DNA of 64,000 nucleotides from Eledone cirrhosa. Taxonomy: Eukaryota. Under the pieces are notes generated by a model. The model searched no databases. It worked only from the letters and a program-made list of their open reading frames with translations, and was not told the DNA's origin. A program made the position numbers and the translations under genes. Positions 1-12,846 of the stretch are shown in pieces (position 1 is the first letter of the stretch; the number at the start of each line of letters is the position of its first letter). The stretch covers positions 329,530,001-329,594,000 of the forward strand of contig OZ024743.1 in NCBI GenBank assembly GCA_964016885.1, in the 5' to 3' direction.

Positions 1-1046
1 ACTGCTGCTATATTTACTACTACTACAACTAGTGCTACTGTTACTACTACTAACACAACTAGTGCTACTATTACTGCTGTTGCTACTACTTCTACTAGTA
101 GCAACAGCAACATCTTTAATTAACATGTTAAACAGAAATGGATTCAGACACAAACAATAGGGGAAACTCAATGATCTTTTGTTTATGGATGACCTCTAGT
201 CATCCACTTCATATGAGAGACAGCTAGAAACATTTCCGCAGACTTGGATTTGCAAAGTACTTGGATTTGCAAAGGAAATTTTAATATGAGATTTTTATTA
301 AAAAAATGCACCAAGGCAAAGTTGAGACGAAAATGAATTATGAACTCTAATATATAAATAGAGATAAGAGAATAAGACGTAAACACAAACATGCAAATAC
401 TTAATCAGAAGAGATAACGAACAACAGATACAAACGAAAGAAAAAGTTAATATTATAGACGTACGAGATTACACTTAAGACAGAAGTTAATGCAAAAATA
501 AATAAATAAAACCACGTTCTAGCCACAAGTCCATTGTATCGGAGCTGTGATCTCTCAATTCAGAAAAGTAGTGACTCTACCTGGAGCGACTCTGATCCAC
601 GAGTAACCCACTCTATCGAGTAACCTTACTCCAAAGATCCTTCGGATGGCACTAAGAATATATGTGCTTGATCAAAGATGACAGAAAGCTAAACACAACC
701 ACCAAGAACAGATGAAAGGCTTGTTTAGAATTATTATATTAGGAGAGAACGCAAAGGGTTGAAACAATACCGAGGTATTTAATTCGACAACAATAGCAAC
801 AACCTTGTAAACTATGGAGCTAATAACCAGTGTCCCATAAAAAAAGGCAAGGATAAAAATAAGAGTAAAATAAAACAACGAAAAGGAAAATAAAATGGCA
901 GCTAAGGATGGAGATAAATTGAAAATTGCGATGATTTTGTTAGCATTCCAGGCGACAGCGCTAGAATCCTGTGATTGTTACCAATCCAGGAGTCCTAGTA
1001 ACAGGCATGATGACTCCCGTCAAATATTGAACATACTCATAATTGA

Positions 1047-1254
1047 TTCTGCTTTAGTCACAAGGCCAACAATTTTGGGGAGAGGAAAAAGTCGATTAAA
1101 TCGACCCCAGTACATTACTGGTACTTTATTTTATCGACCCCGTAAGTATGAAAGGCAAAGTTTACCTCGGCGGGATTTGAACTCAGACCATAAAGGGCCG
1201 TAACTCTTTGCTGCAAAGCATGACGTCCGACCCTCTACCGATACTGCCAATCTG
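1047..1254 (-). mobile_element. tRNA-derived SINE, family A (long variant)
   Basis: Reverse complement reads TGGCAGTATCGGTAGA (A-box-like) ... GAGTTCAAATCCC (B-box) ... GCCTTTCATACTTACGGGTCGATAAAATAAAGTACCAG ... GGCCTTGTG; the same sequence recurs about 15 times in the window. Confidence 0.9.
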
Positions 1255-1256
1255 GC

Positions 1257-1460
1257 TTCTGATTTAGGCACAAGGCCAACAATTTTGAGGTGGAAGAGAG
1301 ATTCGATTAAATCGATCTCGGTACATTACTGGTGCTTCATTTTATCAATTCCGTAAGGATGAAAGGTCAAGTTAAACTCGGCGGGATTTGAACTATTAAC
1401 GTAAATGGCCATAACTCTATGCTGCAAAGCATTTTTCCCGATGATCTACCGATATTAATT
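1257..1460 (-). mobile_element. SINE family A copy
   Basis: Same B-box and conserved central core as 1047-1254; directly adjacent to it. Confidence 0.85.
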
Positions 1461-1770
1461 CTAGCTACAACTTTATATCTATATGATCGAGAGGGAAGCG
1501 CAGAGTTTACGTGGAAGTCATCGTTAGATGGTATGGCGTCTGATACACATTGATATGTGGTCATTAAAGCCGGTCAAGGATAGAATTAGAATTGGGACTA
1601 TAAAAACTTTAATTAGCCAACTGATTGGGGGATTAGGGGATTCCTTATATATAAAGGATATGCATGAAAGATAAAGTTTAAACCATGAAGATAATACGCT
1701 GAAGATGGGTTATGTGTCGCGGGAGGTATGCCAATGTGTGTATGTGTGGGTTTGATCAATATTATAATAA

Positions 1771-1955
1771 AGGCGGTGGATTGGCAGAATCGGTAGAAGG
1801 TCGGACGCCATGCTTTGCAACATAGAGTTACGGTCCTTTACTGTCTGAGTTCAAATCCTGTCGAGGTTAACTTTGCCTTTCATTCTTACGGGGTTGATAA
1901 AATAAAGCACCAGTAACGCACTAGGGTAATTGTGGCAAAGTAGAAACAATTATAT
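1771..1955 (+). mobile_element. SINE family A copy (short variant)
   Basis: GGCGGTGGATTGGCAGAATCGGTAGA ... GAGTTCAAATCC ... GCCTTTCATTCTTACGGGGTTGATAAAATAAAGCACCAG ... TAGAAACAATTAT tail. Confidence 0.9.
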
Positions 1956-1967
1956 TATAATAAAGCA

Positions 1968-2185
1968 GGTGTGGATTAGCAGTATAGGTAGAGTAACGGA
2001 CACGTGCTCCGCGACATATAGTTACGTCGCTTTTCTGAGTTCAAATCCCGCCAAGGTTAGCTTTGCCTTTCACCCTTACGGGGTCGATAAAATAAAGTAC
2101 CAGTAACGCACTGGTGTCGATATAACTGACTTCCCCTCCCCCAAAATTGGTGGCCTTGTGCGCAAATTAGAAACCATTATACTAT
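1968..2185 (+). mobile_element. SINE family A copy (long variant)
   Basis: B-box GAGTTCAAATCCC, central core, GGCCTTGTG...TAGAAACCATTAT end. Confidence 0.88.
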
Positions 2186-2254
2186 AATAAAGCAGCTGAG
2201 GTTTACATATACTAGAAAATAATATAAGATGTAAATACAAAAGTATAAAATTGC

Positions 2255-2530
2255 TGTCGATGACAGCCCGTCTGAGGAAGGAGCCACGCGAGGTGCGCTG
2301 GCTGTCGTTGGCCATTGTCCGCGGAAATGCCATTGTCATTTTGTACGTGTGGCACAGCCAAAACACCACTCTGTCTTAGGTGTAGAGTCGGTAAACTTCT
2401 CCCCTTCCTCCCTTTCTTTCTTTGTCAAGTAGTCCTCGCACTTCCCTTCCTTTTCCTCTCATTTATGGCATTTATAGTTCTTTCCAATATGGCTTTCTTT
2501 TTCTGTATATTTAACCAAATAAAAATGAAA
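2255..2530 (+). mobile_element. 3' fragment of a CRE-like (RLE-type) non-LTR retrotransposon
   Basis: Translates to ARLRKEPREVRWL-SLAIVRGNAIVIL, matching the C-terminal SLxIxRGN motif of the 23103-23384 peptide; followed by a pyrimidine-rich 3' UTR similar to 20710-20820. Confidence 0.6.
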
Positions 2531-2864
2531 TAGATAAAAACACAAAACCAATATTATATTTTCTTGCTTCGTGTCTCAACACAACGTCATAAATCACTCT
2601 GTAAGTTTATTCTATTTTTTCACTGTTATTCAACATTTGTTTTATTTATAATATTATTGATATACTTATTGAACACCGTGTGGCTACTAAAGAAACCATT
2701 ATTAATATATGCATTAGAGATGAAGAATATAGTCAAATATGCAATAATAAATAGCAGGAATTATGGATATAGCCATGCTGTAATGATGGTCGGAAATTAG
2801 AGATAATATATAAACAATAATGGTTTCTGGTTTGAGAGAAAGTATAAAGAATAATAAATAAACA

Positions 2865-3075
2865 GTGTTTCTACATTTTGCACAAGGCCAACAATTTGAA
2901 GGGAAATGGAAAGTCGATTAAATCGACCCCAATGCGTTACTGGTGGTTGATTTTAGCGACCTCGGAAGGATTGAAAGGCAAAACTAACCGCAGCAGGATT
3001 TGAACTCGAAACGTAAAGTACTGTAACTCCATGCCACAAAACATGACTGACGCTCTACCGATACTGCAAATCAAA
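2865..3075 (-). mobile_element. SINE family A copy
   Basis: Minus-strand match to the family A sequence, including the GTCGATTAAATCGAC hairpin. Confidence 0.85.
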
Positions 3076-3082
3076 CACCCTC

Positions 3083-3275
3083 AATGGTTTCTAATACAGT
3101 CACAAAGCCAAGATTTTTTAGGGGAGGGGAAATTTGATTAAATCAAACCCATTGACTAGTACTTTATTTTATCGAGCCCGGAAGGATGTCAGGCAAAGTT
3201 ACCCTCGGCGGGATTCAGACCGTAAAGGGTCACAAAGTATGTTTTCCGACGTTCTACCGATTCTACTGTCAAACC
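3083..3275 (-). mobile_element. SINE family A copy (degenerate)
   Basis: Minus-strand match with small deletions. Confidence 0.8.
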
Positions 3276-3411
3276 ACCAGAAATAAAAAATAAAAAAAGA
3301 TGTACATACATGAATTAAAGGTAAAGGAGAAGGTATGAGATGTAGAAAGTAGGAGTAAAATTTAAAATGAGATTAAAGATATAGTAATACTGGATTAATA
3401 TCTAGAAGAAG

Positions 3412-3625
3412 GGCGGTGAATTAGCAGTATCGGTAGAGAGTCGGACACCAGGCTTGGCAGCATAGAGTCACGGTCCTTTACGGTCTGAGTTCAAATCTCG
3501 CCGAGATTAACTTTGCCTTTCATCCTTACGAGGTCGATAAATAAAGTACCAGTAACTTACTGGGGTCGATTTAATCGACCCCCCCCCCCATATTTCGGGC
3601 CTTGTGCCTATACTAGAACTCATTA
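3412..3625 (+). mobile_element. SINE family A copy (long variant)
   Basis: Near-consensus copy with A/B boxes, core and GGGGTCGATTTAATCGACCCC hairpin. Confidence 0.9.
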
Positions 3626-3701
3626 ATATCCTGAAGAAAAATAAAATAAAAAGAAGAACGAATGAACGAAGAAAGATAATAATAAAAATCAAACTAAAAT
3701 A

Positions 3702-3955
3702 ATTATTTCTACTTTTGGCACAAGGGCAGCAATTATTCCAGTACATTACTGGTACTTTATTTTATCGACCCTATAAGGATGAAAGGTAAAGCTAACCACG
3801 GCGGGATTTGAACTCATATCATAAAGGGCCGTAACTCTATGATGCAAAGCATGGCGTCCGACACTCTACTGATACTGCCATAAAATAAGGATTTCTGATT
3901 TAGGTATAAGGTCAGCAATTTGGGTGGTGGGGAAAGTCGATTAAATCACTCCCAA
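3702..3955 (-). mobile_element. SINE family A copy (short variant) plus 3' fragment of another copy
   Basis: 3702-3880 is a full minus-strand match; 3888-3955 matches only the 3' end. Confidence 0.85.
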
Positions 3956-3984
3956 TCTATAAGGTCATTGATGTAAATATGGAA

Positions 3985-4860
3985 GAGAAGCAGGGCTCGG
4001 TTCACCAGGAACACTTAATTCACTGTAGTAGCTTTCCATTGACTTCAATGTTAGATAGTTTCTTCAACAAGATGTGATCACCCTTGTCAAAGGGGTAGCT
4101 GAAATCAAGGTATATAATATCAGTGTTGGAGCATTCTCCCAGAGCCTTTTGGATATCATTAAAGTGAGGCAGAAGCGGTGTAAGAAAGTCCCTGCCATTG
4201 CGGAAGACATGATGTTTGGATTTCAGCAGATTGTTGATTTAGAGATAATGAATTTGTCATGTTCCCGCCACCCACTTAAATACCTTAATTATCGTATGAA
4301 ATGTGATTGAGTTCGGATGATAATTCACAGCAAAGGATTTGCTATCACCTTTTGACACCTGCAGCAGCAGACTAGGATAAACAATGTTCAGGGACATAGC
4401 CTGCGTTCAGAGAGTTAGCTAGAGGAGATGCAAGTTGGTATCGACACTCTTACAGGACACAAGCAGGGAACCTATCGAAAACTACTTTTGTTTATTGCCG
4501 CTAAGATATCAAGGGCGCCAAACATTATGTCAGAGATAGAGTGTTAGAGGGTTAACATAACTGACACTGTTCAAATTAACCATATCAGGATTGCTGAAAA
4601 TAGAGCTGTAATGTTTCTTTAGTATCTCACCCACCGCTTTAACATCATCACAGCGACCTTGTGTGTTTTAGCATATGAAAAGAACACTTTGGGATGGAGT
4701 TTGAATCTGTCAATGGCCCTGTTCTGCTCAGCTGTTCTTTAGTTATTGATGATGGCCATCATGCAGTTTTTTAGATTGTATTTCTTTTTTATTCCAGCAG
4801 TGCAATAGCAGTGGAATGGGTCTGTTGCTGCTGGCGGTGTTTTAGATTTTTTTGTTAATT
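3985..4860 (-). mobile_element. Degenerate CR1-clade LINE RT fragment
   Basis: Minus strand near 4110-4015 translates to YLDFSYPFDKGDHILLKKLSNIEVNGKLLQ, the YLDFSKAFDKV-H motif of CR1/L2-type RT; stops and frameshifts present; boundaries approximate. Confidence 0.65.
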
Positions 4861-4959
4861 CTTTTTATTTACCTAATAATAGTTTTCTATTTCTAGGGAT
4901 ATAATAAATGATAAAACAACAAATATTTCTCCATATTAACTCTATCTGCTTCTTTCCTC

Positions 4960-5280
<321 letters not shown>

Positions 5281-5472
5281 CGTGCATAGTTTATAGACAT
5301 ACGCTATAGAACATCAGACAGAGAGAGAGAGAGAGAGGTTACGGACGTACATTCAACTTTTCCAATCAACATCACTTAAAAGCTAGTGAACAAGTGAAGG
5401 AAGTGGCACTGAGCTACCGATCAATATTTAAACGTGTACTAAGCCAGGGAAAATTAGCCGATACACACACAC

Positions 5473-5524
<52 letters not shown>

Positions 5525-5647
5525 TATATATATGTATAGAGAGAGAGAGACATATATATATATATATATACACACACATACACATTATATATATATACAT
5601 ATACACACACACAAACACACATATACATATATATATATATATATATA

Positions 5648-5840
5648 GGAAAAGTGGGAGGACCCTGACGGCTGAGCTCCGGCCGTTTCGACAGCTAGAT
5701 CCGAACCCTGGTCGAAGCGGCCGGAGCTCAGCCGTCGGGGTCCTCACACTTTTCTTATTACCCACTCTACTACCCTAAGTATCGAATACTCTGGTGGGTT
5801 ATGATCCACCTGGTTCCTTATCACACTTCCTTTGTTTTAC
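5648..5840 (+). mobile_element. Fold-back PLE-type terminal fragment containing the 3' half of a hammerhead
   Basis: About 45-bp inverted arms 5648-5692 / 5711-5755; carries GAAA-CGG...GAGCTC...CCG-TC; flanked by (TA)n on both sides; related copy at 18600-18740. Confidence 0.65.
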
Positions 5841-5862
5841 ATATATATATATATATATAAAT

Positions 5863-5996
<134 letters not shown>

Positions 5997-6079
5997 CCGC
6001 ACCTCTGTAGTCTCGTAAATATGGATCAATAATTTAACTAATGGGGTCAATATTGATCGAATAAATCAAGGCGATGCTT

Positions 6080-6835
6080 CAACATGACCGCATTCTAATG
6101 ACTGAAGCCATCAAGAAACTGGTTGATGCTACTATTGATATTAATGCAGGAAAGTGTCAAGCCCTCCGCTATCAACACACAAACATAGGACCACCACAGC
6201 AAATATACACTGGACCAAGGGGAATCGAAATCCACGATCCAAAATCAATACAGGACCTGGGTACTGTCATGAACAATGATGCATCGTTTTATGCATACAT
6301 CACCAAAATCACGGCAATGTGCAGAAGACTGGTGGGTTGGATTCTGAAAACATTCAGGAGCAGAGACGCGGAAACCATGTTAGTCCTCTGGAGGACTTAC
6401 TTCCTCAGCCGACTGGAGGATTGCTCTCAACTGTGGTTGCCCCCACAGTCTCAAACTAACTTCAGAACGTGAAGCAATCCAACGAATCTACACAAGAAGA
6501 TTGCTCCAATCAAAGAGATGAGCTACTGGGAGAGGCTGAAAATACTAAAGCTTTACTCCCTGGAGCGAAGACGGGAGAGATATGCAGTGATATACATATG
6601 GAAGATCCTGGAAGGGTTAGCACCAGACTTTTGCATTGAAGGCAGGGCCAGCCCACGAACAGGATGCCACAGTGTAGCGCCAAATGACCCATCCGTAGCA
6701 TCAAGAATAAGGATCACATATTGCAACAGCCTGGAGTTCAAGCAATCTCAACTTTTTAATAAGCCGCCAAAAAATCTGAGAGATCTACATAGTGAGCAGG
6801 TAGATGATTTCAAGAGACATCTTGACATATTATAG
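6080..6835 (+). mobile_element. 3' fragment of a CR1-clade LINE ORF2
   Basis: Peptides QDLGTVMNNDASF...GWILKTFRSRD...SRLEDCSQLW and SYWERLKILKLYSLERRRERY..IYIWKIL are typical of the CR1 ORF2 C-terminus; frameshifted near 6445. Confidence 0.85.
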
Positions 6836-7030
6836 GGTGGTGGATTGGCAGTATCGGTAGAGGGTCGGACGCCATGCTTTCCAGCATAGAGTTATTTCCC
6901 TTTACGATCTGAATTCAAATCCCGCCGAGGTTGACTTTGCCTTTCATCCTTACGGGGTCGATAAAATAAAGTACCAGTTATGCACTGGGTAATTGCTGAC
7001 CTTGTGCCAAAAGTAGAAACAATTATATTA
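6836..7030 (+). mobile_element. SINE family A copy (short variant)
   Basis: Near-consensus copy abutting the end of the LINE fragment. Confidence 0.9.
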
Positions 7031-7084
7031 CATTCAAAGTAAAGCATGTCATGAATGAAACAAAATCAAACATGACTTGTCTCT

Positions 7085-7455
<371 letters not shown>

Positions 7456-7640
7456 GGTTGTGAGTTCGATTCCTGGACCAGGCGATGCGTTATGTCCTTG
7501 AGCAAGACACTTTATTTCACGTTGCTCCTTCTACCTGGAGTTGCGACCGATATATAGTACTAGCAATTGGAAAGACCAACGGAAACATTGTTCCCTCGGT
7601 CCGATTTGACGAAAGTTGATCGTTCCTTTTCTGTATGTAT
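7456..7640 (+). mobile_element. tRNA-derived SINE family B, 5' truncated
   Basis: GTGAGTTCGATTCC B-box followed by GTCCTTGAGCAAGACACTTTATTTCACGTTGCTCC, shared with 42926-43160. Confidence 0.8.
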
Positions 7641-8151
7641 ATATAATATGCGAGAGAGAATGCGTATATGATAGAGGGTGTGAGAGTGAGTGTGTGTGTA
7701 TGAGAGAGAAAGAGCGCGAGAGAGTGAGAGCGAGAGTGAGTGAGAGAGAGAGAGAGCGAGAGAGAGTGAGAGAGAGAGAGTGACAGATAGAGAGAGAGCA
7801 AGAGAGAGTGAGAGAGAGTGACAGATGGAGAGAGAGAGATGAAGTGTATCAGCAACAGTGACAAGCAGTAGGTTGTTGATTTGCCAGTAAAATAAGTGTT
7901 ACGTTATGTTGATAACAGGTAGTTTAAGGGCTCAGTTAACTTATTTAACCTGCCTTAATCTTACATTCTCTGTCTATCTTTATGATTATTTAAGGTTTAG
8001 TAGGGCTTCTACTACTTCACCTTTTTGTAGCTCCCCTTTTTCTGGATTCAGTCTGGTGCGTGACACCTTCGGCAATGGTTCTTTACTATAGCCACAGTTT
8101 GACGAATGCCATGTCACAGAAATTTAGTAGAAGGAAACTGCAAAAGACCGT

Positions 8152-8243
<92 letters not shown>

Positions 8244-8244
8244 C

Positions 8245-8366
8245 AGATATATTTATTTAAATAACAGATTAAAGTTTAAGCAAAGAATCACTGCTTTCAC
8301 CCTTAACGGGATCTTCGAGCCCTCTTTGGATTTTAGTCTTCACATTTATTATTATTACTATATATA

Positions 8367-8452
<86 letters not shown>

Positions 8453-8600
8453 GGGATACTATTTATGGTTATGTATATATTAAAACTTTTTATAGTTATG
8501 TATATTTTAAACCCTAAACAGTGAAGGTCAGTAATTTATTACTACCTTATTACCAGTAAGATAAATAGCTCAATGTAATAACCTCAGTTGTTCTTAATGT
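8245..8600 (-). mobile_element. Degenerate PLE terminal fragment split by (TA)n
   Basis: 8531-8590 is closely similar to 34057-34118 of the Penelope element; 8315-8360 recurs at 37895-37940. Confidence 0.6.
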
Positions 8601-8875
8601 CTGTCAATCAATCTATCCATCTCACTGTCGAAATACTTGTATTTCCATTTGCGTACCCACTTATCTGTATACTTATCTATCTATCTATCTATCTATCTAT
8701 TGTTAATAGTGGATGTCTTTCACATCGGCTCTTCGATTTTGGATTACTACTTTGTTATTTGTGAGTGTGTTATTTGTATTTTGTTATTATTGTTGACTCT
8801 AACCCCTCGTCTGGTACTGTAGACGTAGGGTAAATATATTTTCGCCCCTTTTGGGGTGAAAATCTTTAATTTAAA

Positions 8876-10610
8876 ATGTTTATTGACATCGTTAAAAACG
8901 AGGAAGCCATATTGCAAGTTAACGCCACGCCCACCAAAAAAAGCGAGAAAGAGGGAACAACAATTCAAACTGTTGAACTACCCCTCCTCTTGAATGGAAA
9001 AAACACTGTTAATTTGAGTGAAAACCCAAATTTTGAAAAAGATAACAGGGAAAAAAATACCACAACAAATGGAATTAATAAAACCAACAACATTGCAACA
9101 ACAAACAACAATGAACGAAATGAAAACAACAAAGACAGCAAAATTTCTTTTGCCCAAACGGTAAAAAAACGATCGAATACAAACCCATAGACATTACTAA
9201 CGCTAAGCAAAACTTACTAAATGCCAGAAAATACGTATCTTTTGGGGAGGATGGTTCTTTTACGATCAACTCCCCAGAAGAAGTTCGTAAACAGGCATAT
9301 AGGAATACGATAACTTTCAGGACTATATCCAACGCAACAAGAAAACCAGCTCAATTGCCAGAAAGTCAAATTGAGCTGGTTATGAAAGATATTAAAAAGG
9401 ACATACTCTTTATTGAAATAGGAAAGCTTTATGCCAGCATTATGGTCCGAATGAAGGACCAAATGCTGGCTCGAAAATGCTCGGTGGCACCTATAGTGTC
9501 ACCACAATACACCTTCTTCCCCACATATAAATGAAGAAGAACACAAAGATTAAGAATGTGGAGCTCAACGCCAGAAGTAGACATCTGGTCCGTCCTGACA
9601 GGATTCACGGACCTAGAAAAGGACATTCTAGTATCAGCAGGTGAGTCCACCAAGGGAAAAGTCTGGAAGTTCTCTTACAGATGACACCAGAGAGAATCGC
9701 CGGAATACCCGACCGAGTACTACTGGATGGTCGAACCTTCATTAATATTACGGTGGAAGGAAGGAGGCCCTCATGTTACCACTGCGCTGGCAGAGGTCAC
9801 CTGAGGACTGCCTGCTCTCTACTAACAACAAAAAAAAACACTGCTACAAACACCACCACAACAACAAAAACAACCAACACCACCACCACAAAAACAACAA
9901 AATACACCACCATCACCACCACCACCACAACGACAACAAAAACCAACAACACCACCTCCAGCACCACCACCACAACAACAACAAAAACAAAAGAGCACGA
10001 AACAAATCACAGTCACACCCACCCACCCATCACAGAAAACAATCAAAAATACACACACCAACACAACACTACCACAAAATATTCCCCTACCCCCGAACAC
10101 GGACGAAAACCTCCTTACATCGGAGCATAGCGAAGATGAAGGAGAGCCGTTCCGACCAGTAAAAAGGAAAACAAGGAAACATACCACTAACAGAAACCAA
10201 ACAAACACAGAAGAAACCAACACAACACAAAGCACCCCTCCCCATTACACAACACTAACAGCGTCACAGAAAAAAAACATTACAGTACACTTACATCAAC
10301 AAACAAAAAAAAACCGCTCAATATAATAAACAGTAACCCTTCGGTGCAAACCGAAGGGCCAAATTTTAAGACAGTGGATGACTCTCCACACCTCAAAATG
10401 ATAAAGGTCCCCATGAACCTTTATCGAACTTTAAAAAAACGTTTATAAAGAGGACGTGGGACCCCCTGTAACAAACCGTTTAACCGCGTCCTCTTAAAAG
10501 GTTACCCACCCCCTCCTCAGACACCCACACAACTCCAAATAACCCCCCCACACCACACCACCACAACCCCCCTCCCCACCCAACAACCCCTCCACCCCCC
10601 CATGGAAACT
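8876..10610 (+). pseudogene. Tx1/L1 ORF1 (gag-like zinc knuckle), frameshifted
   Basis: Fragments 8876-9190 (SFAQTVKK) and 9681-10130 (VEGRRPSCYHCAGRGHLRTAC); multiple frame breaks. Confidence 0.7.
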
Positions 10611-10666
10611 GAACAGCCCGGACCCCGGGATGCAGAGAGGTAAGTGCCTCTTTCTTTACCACCAAC

Positions 10667-12611
10667 ATGGCTGTGTTAAGTTTAGGTTGTCTAAATGCCA
10701 GTGGCCTGGGCTCACCTTGGAAGCAAGCTAAACTTCTAAATGACCTCAGGTCACGAGGTATAAATGTGATGGTTATTTGCGAGGCCCGGATCAGCAGCGT
10801 GCAACAACTAGCCCCCACCTTTGATGACTTTGAGATGCACGCATCTCTCTGTCAGCACGGGGGTGGGGTGGGGTTGTCGTTCTGCTGCAAAAACATCTGG
10901 GTCTCGCTATACAGACGGTACACTTGGACCCGGAGGGTCGAGTAGTGGTTCTGGACCTTAGCAGTGGTGAAGGAGAAGCTTTTAGGCTGGTCGCCGTTTA
11001 CCCCCCCCCCCCCCCTTTTGGGGCAATGCGGTCGGACTTCTTCCATCGTCTGCAGACTTTTCTAGGGACGTCCCGCTCCTTGCTTTTAGTGGGGGACTGG
11101 AATGGTATCCTAGATGCACGTTGGGACTATGTAGGGGCATGTCCCGATGAAGGGAGGGGGGGGGGGTAACAACCTCAAGGAGTTAATCGGCCGATTTGGA
11201 ACCGGGATTGCGCAAAGTGGTGTCGGCCTACGCCGATGACGTAACAGTAATGGTGTCGACCACCGCGGAAATCGAGGCAATCGGCACCTTACTGGAGGAG
11301 TACGAAAGGTTGACAGGGGCTAAGCTGAACCGGGACAAGTCAGTCGCTTTGCAACTCGGCGAGTGGAGGGGCAAACCGATGTCGTTCGACGGTATCGTCG
11401 GACGGTGGACGGAGGGTCCGGTGAAGTTGCTTGGGGTCTGGGTCGGACCAGACCTCCAGGTGGAGAAAAACTGGGGTGAGGTGACGAATAGGGTGCTTGC
11501 ACTGACTCAAAAGTGGGCCGAGTGCAAGCTATCCCTGAAAGGTCGTGCGGAGGAGGCGAACGCTTACATAGCGTCCGTCATCTATTACCGCTTGACTGTT
11601 GTGCCTTGCCCGGGTGAGATCCTCGCCAAAATGGAGCGCGCTCTCTTTCACTTCCTTTGGAAGAAGAGGTCTCCCCTGGTGAGGAGATCCATCTGATGTC
11701 AACACCCTTTGAAAGGAGGGCTGGGGTTGCCGTGGCTAAAAAGGCGTAAACACGCATTGAGGCTACGGCACCTCCAGGTATTCCTCACCGGTCAACCGGT
11801 GTGGGCCCCGTTTGTGAGGCGAGCCTGCCCGAGGCTCGTCTCGCTCACCGAGCTGCAGTCCTGGGTGAAGCAAGGACCGAGAAAACTGGGCGACTGGCAC
11901 ACCGAGTGTGCCCAGACGCTCACGGCTCTCTGACAGGAGGACCCGGCTATCGGTGGAGACTCCACCTCGTCATTCTATAGAGGGCTGGTGGTTAGCAGGT
12001 GCGACGACGCCCTCGGAGAAACCCTAGGCATGGAGGAGGACGAACTGGCCAGCCTATTCGGTAGGACTTTCGGCCCGGGACCTATGGACAACTTCCAGAC
12101 GTCCTTGGCCTGGCAGTTCTACCGAGGGGCTCTGCCCGTTCGGGACAAGCTCTACAGATACGGGCGCCCGGGTAGGGACCCCTCGAAAAAGATCTGTCCC
12201 AGATGCGTGCGCGACGAGGAAACCGTCGCGCACGTATTGGTGCACTGCCCGGGCGTTACCGATCTGTGGGGATATGTCGAACAACTGCTGTCACGGGTGG
12301 GACCAATTAGGTTGACCACCGAGTCCATTGTAACGATGAAGCTGCCTCCCCCCTTCAAAAATGAAGGAGAGGCGGTCTTCCTCTGTGTAATAGCCATGGT
12401 AAAAGAGGTTGTATGGTGGACGCGTCTAAAAGGGCTGAGGTCGGACACCTTTCTTTCCGGCCAACAACTGGTCCTTTTCTTCCGATACCATTTCGGAAGA
12501 AGGATCAGGATGGAGAGAGAGGTGCTCCACCCCAGCCAGTTTTATGAAAGGTGGGTGAAAGTTGCGAGAATGGCCCGTGTGAATGGGCCTTCTCTCTATA
12601 TCAGCCTGTAG
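10667..12611 (+). pseudogene. Tx1/L1 ORF2 (APE-RT-zinc finger) remnant
   Basis: ORF fragments 10667-10945, 10924-11169, 11196-11696, 11709-11933, 11988-12611 with APE, YADD and CCHC motifs. Confidence 0.85.
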
Positions 12612-12846
12612 GTGGAAAAGGATGAAGGAAGAAGGGAGCACCCCCTCTTTGTGCTCCCGTAGAGAAGGGTCGCACATTTTTTTCGGGGGTGTGTGTGACC
12701 CCAAAACGATCCCTCCCTATTGAGGACCTTTTTGTTATAATGTTATTTCTTATTACATTGTTTTTACTCGATTTCTATGTAGCCCCCCCCCCCCCCCCAT
12801 GTATGTGTCCCTTTCTTTTGTGCCCTCGTGGCAAATAAATAGAAAT

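Larger units (their letters stand above)
8702..12846 (+). mobile_element. Tx1/L1-clade LINE, both ends present, internally deleted and inactive
   Basis: Broken ORF1 with CCHC knuckle CYHCAGRGHLRTAC; ORF2 APE start (LNASGL, VICEAR, VYPP, LLVGDWN); RT YADD, GAKLNRDKS, KLLGV, GGLGLP; C-terminal CPRC-x-ETVAHVLVHCP; 3' UTR ending in AATAAA at about 12834. Confidence 0.9.

Noticed and set aside
1771-1870. tRNA genes at SINE heads
   Set aside because: A and B boxes are present, but there is no cloverleaf and each is followed by SINE body sequence.
8281-8329. Hammerhead-like motif on the minus strand (TCGAAGA-TCCC..GGGT-GAAA)
   Set aside because: The core is non-canonical and stems I and III do not close around an NUH; at best a decayed ribozyme.
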